64,000 nt of DNA from an uncultured Actinomycetota bacterium (GCA_963753435.1 CAVWCF010000001.1:1600001-1664000); one strand, 5' to 3'; positions 42,126-54,194 are shown, numbered from the stretch's first letter. The notes: generated by a model from the letters alone, not told the origin. Translations and numbers: made by a program.

Positions 42126-42665
42126 GTGCGCTTGTTCGCCGCGGTGTGGCCCACCGAAGAAGTGCGCGCGGCGATCTCCGCGACCGTGCTGCGAATGCGT
42201 AAGGAACCCGCTGCGGCTGACTGGCGGTGGGTGCGACCGGAGCATTGGCACGTGACCGTGGCGTTCTACGGAACTGTCACCGAGTCGCAGTTGCCCGAGT
42301 TGATTCGGCGGTTGGAGTTGGCCGGTCGCCGCCGGTCTCGCTTCGAACTGGAGTTGGGACACCCCGGCCACTTCGGTGACCGCGTTGTCTGGCTCGGCCT
42401 CGACGGCGACCGGGACGCGCTGCGGCGCCTGGCCGAAGGTGCGGCCGCAGCCGGCCGCCGGGCTGGGGTGGAGCTGGATTCGCGGCGGTTTCGCCCGCAT
42501 CTGACGTTGGCGCGCAGCCGCCACGGCGGGGACGCCGCCCGCCTGCTCACGGTCGCGGTGCCCGCGCTCTCCTGGCCGGTGGACACCTTTGCCTTGGTGC
42601 AGTCGCGCACCGGGCCTCGGGTGCAGTACGACGCACTTGCCGAGTTCGGTCTGAGCGGCGGCTAG
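42126..42665 (+). CDS. thpR: RNA 2',3'-cyclic phosphodiesterase (2H phosphoesterase)
   Basis: MRLFAAV, HVT and PHLTLAR HxT motifs. Confidence 0.9.
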   Translation: MRLFAAVWPTEEVRAAISATVLRMRKEPAAADWRWVRPEHWHVTVAFYGTVTESQLPELIRRLELAGRRRSRFELELGHPGHFGDRVVWLGLDGDRDALRRLAEGAAAAGRRAGVELDSRRFRPHLTLARSRHGGDAARLLTVAVPALSWPVDTFALVQSRTGPRVQYDALAEFGLSGG

Positions 42666-42676
42666 CCTCGCTGATC

Positions 42677-42760
42677 GTGGATCCCCGAACCCGGCGCTGG
42701 TTGGTCCCGCTACTGCTGGTGGGGTTGCTGGTCGTGGTCGTCATCGCGGCGGTGAGTTAG
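42677..42760 (+). CDS. Candidate 27-aa membrane micropeptide
   Basis: MDPRTRRWLVPLLLVGLLVVVVIAAVS*; TAGCCT -10 lies 8 nt upstream of GTG. Confidence 0.45.
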   Translation: MDPRTRRWLVPLLLVGLLVVVVIAAVS

Positions 42761-42785
42761 TGACGACCGGACCGGCTGGGCGCTG

Positions 42786-43796
42786 ATGGGCGTGCTCGCA
42801 CCGGTCGCACTGGCCGGGATGTTGGCCCTGGCGGCCGTCATCAATCCGGGGCCGGAACTGGCCGGGTCGGTCGATCGGGTGCTGTCGGACCCGGCGATCA
42901 CCGAGTCCAGCGGACTGGCGCTCAGCGCACGTTTCCCAGGTGTTCTGTACACACACAACGACTCCGACGGTGACCCGGTCGTGTTCGCCGTCGACACCTC
43001 CGGCACCACGGTGGCGCGGCTGAATCTGGCCGACGCGCCGGCCCGGGATTGGGAAGCGATGGCGGCCGGAAGCCAAGCAGGCGTTCCGGTGCTCTGGGTT
43101 GCCGACATCGGCGACAACATCTCCGGCTGGGAGTCGGTGCGACTGCTCAAGTTCACCGAACCGGCAGAGCTGACCGACCAATCCGTGCAGTGGGAGCGGT
43201 TCGACCTCGTCTACCCGGACGGCCCGCACAACGCCGAAACGTTGCTGCTGCACCCGGACGGCCGGATGTGGATTGTCACGAAGGAGGCGTCCGGGCCGGG
43301 CATCTACGCCGTGCCGCAGCCGCTGCGAGCCGGCGCGACCAACCAGTTGACCCGGGTCGCCGAGGCTCCTACTGGAGTAACCGACGGCGCAATCGACGCG
43401 GCCGGACGAGTGGTACTGGTCGACTACGTGTACGCCTACACCGCCGACTCGATCGACGGCCCGTGGGTGCGTTCGCCGTTGCCGTTCCGCCCCCAAGGGG
43501 AATCGGTGACATGGGACGGCGCGGACCTGCTGGTGGGCAGCGAAGGCGGCAACTCCGAGGTGTTGCGGATCTCGACCGAGCCCCTCGATGGCGCGGCGGC
43601 CGACTCGTCGACGCCGCCGGCAACCGACAGCAACGGCGCCGCACCCGCGCCCGGAGCGGCCACGGGGACGGGCGGTGGCTTGCCCGGGTGGGCGCCGTGG
43701 GCGGTTGGTGCCGCCGTGGGCACGCTGGTCGCCGTGGTCCTGATTCGCCAGCGTCGCGACGACCAGCAGTCGGCGCCGCGTACTGACGCCGACTGA
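42786..43796 (+). CDS. Secreted/membrane-anchored beta-propeller-like protein
   Basis: N-terminal signal, ESSGLA, THNDS, DWEAMA, ADIGDN, YPDGPHNAE; C-terminal TM plus RQRR. Confidence 0.78.
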   Translation: MGVLAPVALAGMLALAAVINPGPELAGSVDRVLSDPAITESSGLALSARFPGVLYTHNDSDGDPVVFAVDTSGTTVARLNLADAPARDWEAMAAGSQAGVPVLWVADIGDNISGWESVRLLKFTEPAELTDQSVQWERFDLVYPDGPHNAETLLLHPDGRMWIVTKEASGPGIYAVPQPLRAGATNQLTRVAEAPTGVTDGAIDAAGRVVLVDYVYAYTADSIDGPWVRSPLPFRPQGESVTWDGADLLVGSEGGNSEVLRISTEPLDGAAADSSTPPATDSNGAAPAPGAATGTGGGLPGWAPWAVGAAVGTLVAVVLIRQRRDDQQSAPRTDAD

Positions 43797-43802
43797 CCGT
43801 TC

Positions 43803-46119
<2,317 letters not shown>

Positions 46120-46233
46120 CTGGCGGCTCCTTGAACGGTCGAATCGGCGCTCACACTACTTGCGGTCCCGGGACGGCCAGATCGGGGACCTTCGCCCACT
46201 GCGGGCACCTGGGTTCTGCGGCAGAGTCCGGCC

Positions 46234-46803
46234 ATGGCGGGAGAACGCAGGTACTGGTGGGTGGTGCTGGTCGCAGGTGTCGTGGGGGTCGCGGCCACGA
46301 TCACCCAGATCGTCGAGCGCATCACCTTGGCCAAGGACCCCGACGCGGAGTTGGTCTGCGACTTCAGCAGCACCGTCAGCTGTGGCGGCGTGCTGACCGC
46401 CTGGCAGAGCTCGGCGTTGGGCATCCCGAACGCCACTATCGGATTGGCCGTCTTCGCCTTCTTCACGTCCGCGGCGGTATCGGGGCTGCTGGGCAGCCAG
46501 GTGTCCAGGGCGTTCCGGTACGTGCTGGTCGGCCTCGCGCTGTTCATGCTGGCGTTCACGCTCTGGTTCCTGTTCCAGTCGACGTTCGTCTTGAACGCGG
46601 TCTGCGTCTACTGCCTGGCGATCGGGCTGGCGGTCGTGTCAACGAACTTCGCCGCCCTGCGGTTGCTGGTGGCCGACGGCGGCCTCGACCGGGGCGGGGT
46701 CGTCGGGTTCGGGCGTCGGTTCGTGACCAGCGGCGACGACCGCTGGTTGTGGCTGGCGCTGGTGGTCGGCATCGGCGCGGCGATGTTCCTAGTGCTTAGC
46801 TGA
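46234..46803 (+). CDS. Vitamin K epoxide reductase family protein
   Basis: CD......C..V...WQS, PN, CVYC redox motif. Confidence 0.88.
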   Translation: MAGERRYWWVVLVAGVVGVAATITQIVERITLAKDPDAELVCDFSSTVSCGGVLTAWQSSALGIPNATIGLAVFAFFTSAAVSGLLGSQVSRAFRYVLVGLALFMLAFTLWFLFQSTFVLNAVCVYCLAIGLAVVSTNFAALRLLVADGGLDRGGVVGFGRRFVTSGDDRWLWLALVVGIGAAMFLVLS

Positions 46804-46845
46804 ACCGTCGTGCGCTGTCGTCGGCCACCGTGCTAGGAACAGGTC

Positions 46846-47484
46846 GTGACCGACTTCGATGCGATGCGGCGGCAGTACGCCGACGAGGGGCTGGACGAGT
46901 CGGCGCTGTCGCCCGACCCGCTGGCGCAGGTGGGGCTGTGGCTGACCGAGGCGATCGACGCCGGTGTCCGTGAGCCGAACGCAATGGTTCTGGCAACCGC
47001 CTCACCGGACGGTCGGCCCAGTGCCCGCACGGTGTTGCTCAAGGAGCTGGACCAGCGCGGTTTGGTCTTCTATACGAACCTGGGGTCGGCCAAGTCCAGT
47101 CAACTGATCGCTAATCCGCGCGCTGCGGTGGTCTTCACTTGGATCCCGCTGGAACGGCAGGTGCGCGCGTCCGGGCACGTTGAGGCGATCAGCGACGCCG
47201 AGGCGGACGCCTACTTCGCATCCCGACCGCGGGAGGCGCAACTCGGCGCCTGGGCCAGCCCCCAGTCGCGGCCGATCCCCGACCGGGAGTGGCTGCTGGA
47301 TCAGGTCGCCAAGATCGAGTCGCGCTTCGGTGACCAGCCGCTGCCCCGGCCGGAGACCTGGGGCGGCTGGCGGGTCGTGCCGGACGAAGTCGAGGTTTGG
47401 CAGGGCCGTGCGCATCGCCTGCACGACCGCATCCGCTACCGACGGCAGGGTGAGGTCTGGCTGCGCGACCGGCTCGCTCCGTGA
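46846..47484 (+). CDS. pdxH: Pyridoxamine 5'-phosphate oxidase
   Basis: EPNAM.LAT, RTVLLK, ERQVR, YFASRPR, EVWQGR..RLHDR. Confidence 0.95.
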   Translation: MTDFDAMRRQYADEGLDESALSPDPLAQVGLWLTEAIDAGVREPNAMVLATASPDGRPSARTVLLKELDQRGLVFYTNLGSAKSSQLIANPRAAVVFTWIPLERQVRASGHVEAISDAEADAYFASRPREAQLGAWASPQSRPIPDREWLLDQVAKIESRFGDQPLPRPETWGGWRVVPDEVEVWQGRAHRLHDRIRYRRQGEVWLRDRLAP

Positions 47485-48749
47485 GTGGCGGCTTTCGCCG
47501 CATCAGCAGGACCGTGGTCGCCGATGTGCGGCCGTTGCGCGCCTCCCGCGCCTTCCGCCGGCTCTGGGTGGGCGGCACCGTGTCCAACCTCGGGCAGCAG
47601 ATGGCCACCGTCGCGGTGGCCATCCAGGTGTTCGACATCACCGGCAGTTCATTGGCCGTTGGGCTGCTGGGTGCCTTCGGGGTCGTGCCCTTGGTGGTGT
47701 TCGGCCTCTACGGCGGTTCCATCGCCGACGCATTCGATCGACGACTCGTGCTCCTGGTCGCCTCCGCCGGGATGGCGGTCTGCAGCGTCGTGCTCGCCGT
47801 CCAGGCGCTGGCCGGATGGGGCCAGGTCTGGGTCCTGTACGCGGTGGTGGCTGCGCAGTCGGGCTTCTTCGCAGTAACCAACCCCGCGCGGCAGGCGATC
47901 ATCCCGCGGCTCATCGGCGACGAGATGCTCCCGGCCGCCAATGCCCTGCAGCAGGTCACGTGGAATCTCGGTTTCACGGTGGGGCCGCTGCTGGGCGGCG
48001 CGCTGATCGCCATCACCGGCGACGTGACCGTTGCCTACCTGGTCGACGTGGCCACGTTCGGTGCGGCGCTGTATGCGGTGTACCGCCTGCCTTCAGTGGC
48101 GCCGGAGCGCCACGATGGCGAGCAGCAGCGCGCCGGATGGGCGGCGGTCGCTGAGGGGTTGTCGTTCCTGCGCGGCAAGAAGAACCTGCTCATGACGTTC
48201 CTGGTCGACCTCAACGCCATGATCTTCGGGATGCCGCGAGCGCTGTTCCCGGCGATCGCCGGCGCTTTCTACGGCGGCGGGGCTGTTGTCGTCGGTGCGC
48301 TGAGCGCGGCGCCCGCCGTCGGCGCCCTGCTGGCCGCGGTCTTCTCCGGCACTTTGGGCCGGGTCCGGATGCAGGGCCGCGCTGTGCTGATCTCGGTAGT
48401 CGTCTGGGGCACCGCGATCGCACTGTTCGGTGCCACGAACATCCTGTGGGTCGGCCTGTTGTTCCTCGCGATCGCCGGGGCGGCGGACATGGTCAGCGCG
48501 GTGTTCCGGTCCACGATCCTGCAGGTGGCCACCCCGGACGCGCTGCGTGGCCGGCTGCAAGGGGTATTCATCGTGGTGGTGGCCGGCGGTCCCCGCCTCG
48601 GCGACGTGGAGTCCGGTGTCGTTGCGGAATGGTTCGGCGAACGGGTGTCGGTGATCTCCGGGGGCGTCATCTGTGTGCTCGGTGTCTTCGCGCTTGCGGC
48701 ACTGTTCCCGGCGTTCGCGCGCTACGACGCCCGGGACCCGCAGCCCTAG
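47481..48749 (+). CDS. MFS transporter (EntS/MFS_3-like)
   Basis: About 12 TM, GG.IADAFDRR, AMIFGMPRALFP, LRGRLQG. Confidence 0.88.
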   Translation: MSGGFRRISRTVVADVRPLRASRAFRRLWVGGTVSNLGQQMATVAVAIQVFDITGSSLAVGLLGAFGVVPLVVFGLYGGSIADAFDRRLVLLVASAGMAVCSVVLAVQALAGWGQVWVLYAVVAAQSGFFAVTNPARQAIIPRLIGDEMLPAANALQQVTWNLGFTVGPLLGGALIAITGDVTVAYLVDVATFGAALYAVYRLPSVAPERHDGEQQRAGWAAVAEGLSFLRGKKNLLMTFLVDLNAMIFGMPRALFPAIAGAFYGGGAVVVGALSAAPAVGALLAAVFSGTLGRVRMQGRAVLISVVVWGTAIALFGATNILWVGLLFLAIAGAADMVSAVFRSTILQVATPDALRGRLQGVFIVVVAGGPRLGDVESGVVAEWFGERVSVISGGVICVLGVFALAALFPAFARYDARDPQP

Positions 48750-48753
48750 CCGG

Positions 48754-49059
48754 CTACTTGTGACGCTTCTTGCTCCCCTTGCCGTCCTTCTTCTTCGCCT
48801 TGGCGTCCTTGTTCTTCTTGTCGTCCTTGTTGCGCGGCTTCAGCTTTCGCTTCTTGTCGCGTTCCTTCTTCTTGCTCTTGGTCTTGCCTGACTTCAGGTT
48901 CGGGTCGAGTTGCGGTGGCAGGGGGATGAGGGCCGCATCCGGTGCGGTCTCCACATCTGCCGCCTTCGGCCACGTGTCGCTGACCACTGTCGGTACCGGG
49001 ACCGCGGCCGACCACTGTCCCTCCGTGTAGCGCAGCGCCGGTTTCGGTTGCGGGTTCAC
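48754..49059 (-). CDS. Hypothetical 101-aa protein with Lys-rich C-terminus
   Basis: GTG overlaps ParA stop (GTGA); tail KSGKTKSKKKERDKKRKLKPRNKDDKKNKDAKAKKKDGKGSKKRHK with consistent AAG codons. Confidence 0.7.
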   Translation of the reverse strand: MNPQPKPALRYTEGQWSAAVPVPTVVSDTWPKAADVETAPDAALIPLPPQLDPNLKSGKTKSKKKERDKKRKLKPRNKDDKKNKDAKAKKKDGKGSKKRHK

Positions 49060-49841
49060 GCGGTTCCCCGCAGCAGTGGCCCGGTTGCGCTGCGGTGTTT
49101 GAGGATCCGGTCCAAGTAGTCCTCGAAGACGTCGGATACCTCGCGCGCGCCCTGGGATCGCCAAACCTGGACGGGGACGCACGCCCCGGCGGCCTGCTGA
49201 ACCGCCACCCGTTCCGGGATCGGCGGGGTGAACAGCAGGTGCCCGTGCGCTGCCGTCAACTCGTCCATCCGGTAGCGATGCTCGGTCGCCTGCGCCCGCC
49301 ACCGGTTCACCACGATGCCGCCGGCCTGCAGTCGCAGGTTGTCGGCGCGAGCGGCGTCCACCGCCTCAAGCGCCTGCTGGGCGCCGTGCAGGGAGTACAG
49401 GCTCGGCTCGGTTACGACCAGTGCGAGCGTGCTGGCGGTGAGCGCGTTTCGCGTCAGCGAACCGAGTGACGGTGGGGTGTCGATGAGGACGACGTCGTAG
49501 TCGGTCAGCCCACCCATGGCGATGCGGAGCGATGCCGGCGGCAATGCGGCCGGTCCGGTGAAGTAGTCCAAGGTTCGCGAGCCGACAACGCCGTGGACGT
49601 TGGGCCCCCACTCGCTTGCCGACACCGCCGCTGCCAGTGCCCCGGGCGCCGGGTGCGCCAGCACCTGGGCCGCGGTCGTGAACGCCCGACCCAAATCCAG
49701 TCCGGTCGAGGTGTTCGCCTGTGGGTCGAGGTCGATGACGAGCGTGCGCAGGCCGCGATCCCACGCAGCGCCGGCCAAACCGAGGGTCACAGTGGTCTTG
49801 CCGACGCCGCCCTTGAGACTCAGGACCGACGCCACCAGCAT
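49056..49841 (-). CDS. Orphan ParA/Soj-family ATPase
   Basis: Deviant Walker A LKGGVGKTT, DLDPQAN, IDTPPSLG. Confidence 0.92.
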   Translation of the reverse strand: MLVASVLSLKGGVGKTTVTLGLAGAAWDRGLRTLVIDLDPQANTSTGLDLGRAFTTAAQVLAHPAPGALAAAVSASEWGPNVHGVVGSRTLDYFTGPAALPPASLRIAMGGLTDYDVVLIDTPPSLGSLTRNALTASTLALVVTEPSLYSLHGAQQALEAVDAARADNLRLQAGGIVVNRWRAQATEHRYRMDELTAAHGHLLFTPPIPERVAVQQAAGACVPVQVWRSQGAREVSDVFEDYLDRILKHRSATGPLLRGTA

Positions 49842-49925
49842 CGAAACAGGGTACGACCGGTAGTCAAGTCGCGCTGTCCGGTTGGCGGAGTCTGAGCGGT
49901 GCCGGTGGGTGCCGACGCTGGCTGG

Positions 49926-51281
49926 CTACGGCCCGGCCACTTCCCGATAGCGCAACAGGGCCTCGTCGCGTTCGGCCGCGTGGTCGACGATGGGCTCCGG
50001 GTACTCAGCAGCAGCCGGGTGCGCCCACGGTTCGTGCACTGCCGGACCGGGAACGCCGCGCAGCTCGGGCACCCACTGGCGCACGTAGTCGCCGTCGGGG
50101 TCGAAGCGCCTTCCTTGCGTCACCGGGTTGAAGACCCGGAAGTAGGGCGCTGCGTCCGTGCCGGTTCCGGCCACCCACTGCCAGCCGTGCTGGTTGCTGG
50201 CCAGATCCCCGTCGATGAGGTTGCGCATGAACCACGCCGCCCCGCGGGTCCACTCCTGGTGCAGGTCCTTGACCAGGAAACTGGCAGTCACCATGCGCAC
50301 CCGGTTGTGCATCCAGCCGGTGTGCAGCAACTGCCGCATGCCGGCGTCGACGAACGGGTAGCCGGTGCGACCTTGCGTCCACGCGGTGAACGCGTCATCG
50401 GCTGTCGGTCCCGCGTCGAACCGCATGCCCTGCAACTGGGGGCGCCAGTAGTTGCGGGCGGAGTCGGGGGCGTGCCAGAGCACGTCGGCGTAGAACTCCC
50501 GCCACGCCAGTTCCCGGCGGAACACCTCTGCGCCTTCGGAGTCGTCCAGGTCCGCCAGGAGCGTGCGCGGGTGGATCTCGCCCCAGCGCAACGCCGCGGA
50601 CAGCCGCGAGGTGCCGTCCAGGTCCGGGCGATTGCGGTCCGCGCCGTAGTTGCTGAGCGCCGCATCACGGAACTGGTCCCATCGCTGTCTTGCGGCGGCT
50701 TCGCCCGCGGCCGCGCTTTGGCCTTGGTCAGGAGTCGGCTCGGGGATGGCGTCTCCCGCCGGCGGCGGCAACCAGTCGGCGGTGTCGGCGTCAGTGCTGG
50801 CCGGTGATCGCCACCCGTGGCTGACCCACCCCCGGTAGAACGGGGTCCAGACCCGGTACGGGTCGCCGTCCGGTTTGCGCACCCGGCCGGGTGCGACCGC
50901 GTAGGGCGAACCGGTGCGCAGCAACTCCACGTCGGCATGGCGCAAGGCGTCGGCCGCCTGTTCGTCGCGTCGGCGCCCGTACGGGCCGTAGTCCGCGCTG
51001 ACGTGCACTGTCCGCGCCCCGACCTCTTCGGCTACCGCGGGCACGACCGCGGCCGGGTCGCCCCGGCGGATCAGCAACTTCCCGCCGAGTGAGTCGTTGA
51101 GTGCACGCAGCGACGCCGCCAGTCGGCCGCGGCGCGCCGGGCCTGCCGGCGACCACAGTTTCGGGTCGAGCACGAATAGCCCGAGGACACCATCCGGGCC
51201 GGCTTCGGCGGCTTCGCGTAGCGCTGGGTGGTCGCCCAGGCGTAGGTCACGTCGAAACCAGAGCACCGCGCGGTCAGCCAC
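49926..51281 (-). CDS. phrB: Deoxyribodipyrimidine photolyase (class I)
   Basis: WFRRDLRL.DHPAL, TSRLS..L.WG, TGYP.VDAGMRQL, WMHNRVRM, FRVFNP. Confidence 0.93.
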   Translation of the reverse strand: MADRAVLWFRRDLRLGDHPALREAAEAGPDGVLGLFVLDPKLWSPAGPARRGRLAASLRALNDSLGGKLLIRRGDPAAVVPAVAEEVGARTVHVSADYGPYGRRRDEQAADALRHADVELLRTGSPYAVAPGRVRKPDGDPYRVWTPFYRGWVSHGWRSPASTDADTADWLPPPAGDAIPEPTPDQGQSAAAGEAAARQRWDQFRDAALSNYGADRNRPDLDGTSRLSAALRWGEIHPRTLLADLDDSEGAEVFRRELAWREFYADVLWHAPDSARNYWRPQLQGMRFDAGPTADDAFTAWTQGRTGYPFVDAGMRQLLHTGWMHNRVRMVTASFLVKDLHQEWTRGAAWFMRNLIDGDLASNQHGWQWVAGTGTDAAPYFRVFNPVTQGRRFDPDGDYVRQWVPELRGVPGPAVHEPWAHPAAAEYPEPIVDHAAERDEALLRYREVAGP

Positions 51282-51319
51282 TAGGTAAGAATGTCGCGAC
51301 CAGCGGCGGAGGGCGAGGC

Positions 51320-52003
51320 GTGAGCGACCTGATCGACACCACCGAGATGTACCTGCGCACGGTGTTCGAGCTGGAAGAAGAAGGCGTCGTCCCGCTGCGG
51401 GCGCGCATCGCCGAGCGGTTGGAGCAGTCCGGCCCAACGGTCAGCCAGACCGTGGCGCGCATGGAGCGCGACGGGTTGCTCACCGTGGAGGGCGACCGGC
51501 ACCTGGAGTTGTCCCCGGCGGGTCGCGAGATGGCTACGCGCGTCATGCGAAAGCACCGCCTGGCCGAGTGCCTGTTGGTCGACGTCATCGGCTTGCCGTG
51601 GGAGGACGTGCACGCAGAAGCCTGCCGCTGGGAGCACGTCATGAGCGAGGCGGTCGAGCGCCGGATCCTTTCGATGCTTGATCACCCGACCGTGTCGCCC
51701 TTCGGCAACCCGATCCCCGGCCTGGACGAGCTCGGCCAACAGCAGCCGCCGCCGGTAGACGGCGTCGTCGGCCTGTTGGACGTTGCCGGCGATGAGGCGC
51801 GCCGGGTGGTGATCGCCCGCATCGGGGAGCCGTTGCAGGCCGACGCGACCTTGATGGCCTCGTTGAAGCGGGCGGGAGTGCAACCCGGGCAGGTGGCCAA
51901 GGTCAGCCGATCACCCGGAGGAGTGCTGATCGGGTCTGGCGGGGAGTACGCGGAGTTGGGTCCGGACGAGGCCGCATTGGTCTTCGCGACCGTCGTGGGC
52001 TGA
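51320..52003 (+). CDS. ideR: DtxR/IdeR iron-dependent regulator
   Basis: DTTEMYLRT, QSGPTVSQTVARMERDG, MRKHRLAE, ACRWEHVMS, PFGNPIPGL. Confidence 0.93.
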   Translation: MSDLIDTTEMYLRTVFELEEEGVVPLRARIAERLEQSGPTVSQTVARMERDGLLTVEGDRHLELSPAGREMATRVMRKHRLAECLLVDVIGLPWEDVHAEACRWEHVMSEAVERRILSMLDHPTVSPFGNPIPGLDELGQQQPPPVDGVVGLLDVAGDEARRVVIARIGEPLQADATLMASLKRAGVQPGQVAKVSRSPGGVLIGSGGEYAELGPDEAALVFATVVG

Positions 52004-52019
52004 TACCCCCCGGGGGTAT
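52003..52019. promoter_or_regulatory. CsoR-family operator (putative autoregulatory)
   Basis: ATACCCCCCGGGGGTAT overlapping -10 TATGAT, 50 nt upstream of the CsoR-like gene. Confidence 0.75.
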
Positions 52020-52068
52020 GATCAGGGCAGTACCGGTAGACGAATCCGGTCCCGGCCGAGGGGGCGCC

Positions 52069-52338
52069 ATGCAGTTGGAGCCAGAGGTGACCAAGGACGT
52101 TGTCACCCGCTTGCGTCGAGTGCAGGGGCAGATCGCCGGCATCGCGCAAATGCTTGAGGACGGCCGCGACTGCTCTGACATCGTCACCCAGTTCTCCGCC
52201 GCGAGCCGGGCGCTGAGCCGTGCCGGGTTCAAGGTGGTGGCCTCCGGGCTGCGCCAGTGCGTCACCGCCGAGGACGCCGGTGAACCAAGCGACCTGTCCC
52301 GCGAGGACCTCGAACGGCTGTTCCTCTCCCTCGCCTAG
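52069..52338 (+). CDS. CsoR/RcnR-family repressor, His-less subtype
   Basis: RLRRVQGQ..GI..M.E.GRDC.DI.TQ..A, GLRQC, LERLFLSLA. Confidence 0.9.
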   Translation: MQLEPEVTKDVVTRLRRVQGQIAGIAQMLEDGRDCSDIVTQFSAASRALSRAGFKVVASGLRQCVTAEDAGEPSDLSREDLERLFLSLA

Positions 52339-52345
52339 GCCCACC

Positions 52346-52472
52346 CACCTTGAATGCGCCTTTCAGGCGAATAGGCCGTTGCTGAGCGGTTCCATCCAAC
52401 GAAACGCGCGCATTGCCACTGGGTGAGACGACCCCAGCGCGGTCTAGTGGCCAGAAAGCCGCATTCAAGGGG
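52346..52472. repeat. Dispersed repeat family, copy 3 (~127 bp with terminal inverted repeats)
   Basis: caccttgaatgcgcctttcaggcgaataggccg ... ccagaaagccgcattcaagggg. Confidence 0.85.
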
Positions 52473-54126
52473 TTGACAGCGATTGGGTGGTGGCCGCGTC
52501 GGCATCCGCGTCGTAGCCGCCGCGGCCCGCAAGCACCACCACGGCTCCCACCGTTATCGGCACCAGCAACGCCAGGAACGCCACATCCAGCGATCCGGTC
52601 AACTGCGACACCCCGCCGACCAGGCCCGGCCCCAACGCGCCGCCGAGGATCAGCAGGAACTGCGTAGCCGAGAAGCCCAGCCCACGGATCCGCGCCGGGA
52701 TGACGTCGGCAACCGCCGCCGTCAGGTTGGGCAGCGCGGCGGAGCTGAAGCAGTTGGTGGTGAACAGCAGCAGCACCTGCAGCCAGAAGATCGGCACCAG
52801 GATCGCGATCGCCAAGTTGATGCCGAAGAGGAACAGCCCAACGCCGCCGAGTTGCAGCCGCCAGTTCGGGCGGACGCGGTGGTAGCGGTCACCCAGCCAC
52901 GAACCGATGATCGTTCCGACCAGGATCCCGAAGAACCCGACGCTGCCGGCGATGGCGGCGGCCGCCCCCTCCTCCAAGCCCTGGGTGCGCGACAGGTAGC
53001 TGGGCAGCCAGAAGAACAACCCGGCCGTCCCGAAGAACGTGATCGCCAGCCCGACGACGACGTACCGGTACGTGCGGACCGCCCAGAGTTGGGCGAACAC
53101 CTGCCGGATCGACGGTTGCGCCGACTGGGCCGTGGTTGACGATTCAGATGCAGTCGCCGACTCCGCCGGAACTATCGGCGAATCGTCGGCGGTCGCGCCG
53201 TCGGCCAGCGCTCCGATGCGGTCGCCGATGCCACGCGCCGGCTCGCGTAGGCGGCTGACCAGGAAGGCGATCACGACTCCAGGGATGGCCACCGCGAAGA
53301 ACGCCGCCCGCCAGCCGAACGCCTGCGTCAACACGCCGCCGAGCACCACGCCCAGCGGCAGGCCGCCGAAGTACGCGAACTTGTCGATGCCGTAGGCCCG
53401 CACCCGGGACTTGGGTGGGTAGTAGTCCGCGATGAGGCTGTTGACCAACGGCTGTTCCATCTGGGCGGCGGCTCCCAGCAGCACCCGCATGATCAGCAGG
53501 AACACGAACGTCGTGGCGATCCCGGAGCCCAGGGTGAGTACCGACCAGGACAGGACCACGAACGCCAGCAGGCGGGTGCGCGTGCGGGTATCCGCCAGTC
53601 GCCCGGCCGGGATCACCAACAGCAGACCGGCCAGGGCGGCGGCAGTTGCCAGCCCGCCCCCGGCGGCGTCGCCGATGCCGAACTCCTCCTGAATTGCCGG
53701 TAGAGCCCCGGCGACGATGTTGGCTTCGATGCGGTCGACCAGGGTCACCAACGCCAGCAGCGCCGCCACGCTCCAGCCGAAGGGTGCGGCCCTCTGCACC
53801 GGTACCGGGACCGGTGACCGTCCGGCGAAGGCGGCCAGCAGCACCGACCCCGGCGGTGCGGCGGGTGGCCGGGCCGGTGGTTCTGGCGTTCCCGGCCCAG
53901 GCTGCCCGTCGGCCGCCGGGGGTACTGGTGGCGGGGCCGGTGGTTCTGGGGTTCCCGGCCCAGGCTGCCCGTCGGCCGCCGGGGGTACTGGTGGCTGGGC
54001 CGGTGGTGCTGGGGGCGGGGGCGCAACGGGACTCGGCGCCGACGCGGGTTGCGCGGGCGGCGCGACCGGAACCTGATCCGGCGGCCGGTGCCGCAGGAAT
54101 GACGGCCCGGGGGTCGGTTGCGACAT
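52465..54126 (-). CDS. MFS transporter (spinster-like) with Pro-rich N-terminal extension
   Basis: GRLADTRTR, IADYYPP..R, about 12 TM; stop codon lies inside repeat copy 3. Confidence 0.85.
   Translation of the reverse strand: MSQPTPGPSFLRHRPPDQVPVAPPAQPASAPSPVAPPPPAPPAQPPVPPAADGQPGPGTPEPPAPPPVPPAADGQPGPGTPEPPARPPAAPPGSVLLAAFAGRSPVPVPVQRAAPFGWSVAALLALVTLVDRIEANIVAGALPAIQEEFGIGDAAGGGLATAAALAGLLLVIPAGRLADTRTRTRLLAFVVLSWSVLTLGSGIATTFVFLLIMRVLLGAAAQMEQPLVNSLIADYYPPKSRVRAYGIDKFAYFGGLPLGVVLGGVLTQAFGWRAAFFAVAIPGVVIAFLVSRLREPARGIGDRIGALADGATADDSPIVPAESATASESSTTAQSAQPSIRQVFAQLWAVRTYRYVVVGLAITFFGTAGLFFWLPSYLSRTQGLEEGAAAAIAGSVGFFGILVGTIIGSWLGDRYHRVRPNWRLQLGGVGLFLFGINLAIAILVPIFWLQVLLLFTTNCFSSAALPNLTAAVADVIPARIRGLGFSATQFLLILGGALGPGLVGGVSQLTGSLDVAFLALLVPITVGAVVVLAGRGGYDADADAATTQSLSTP
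53871..53996. repeat. 63-bp coding tandem duplication
   Basis: Units at 53871 and 53934 nearly identical (PPVPPAADGQPGPGTPEPPA x2); partial third unit at 53997. Confidence 0.9.
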
Positions 54127-54194
54127 TGTGCCCTTCGTCGGCGGCCAACTTGGGACCATAGTGACAGCAGGAAGCCAGCTGCGGGAGGAAGGCG

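Noticed and set aside
51281-51299. IdeR box between phrB and ideR
   Set aside because: Only a half-site (CTAGGTAAG); no palindromic partner
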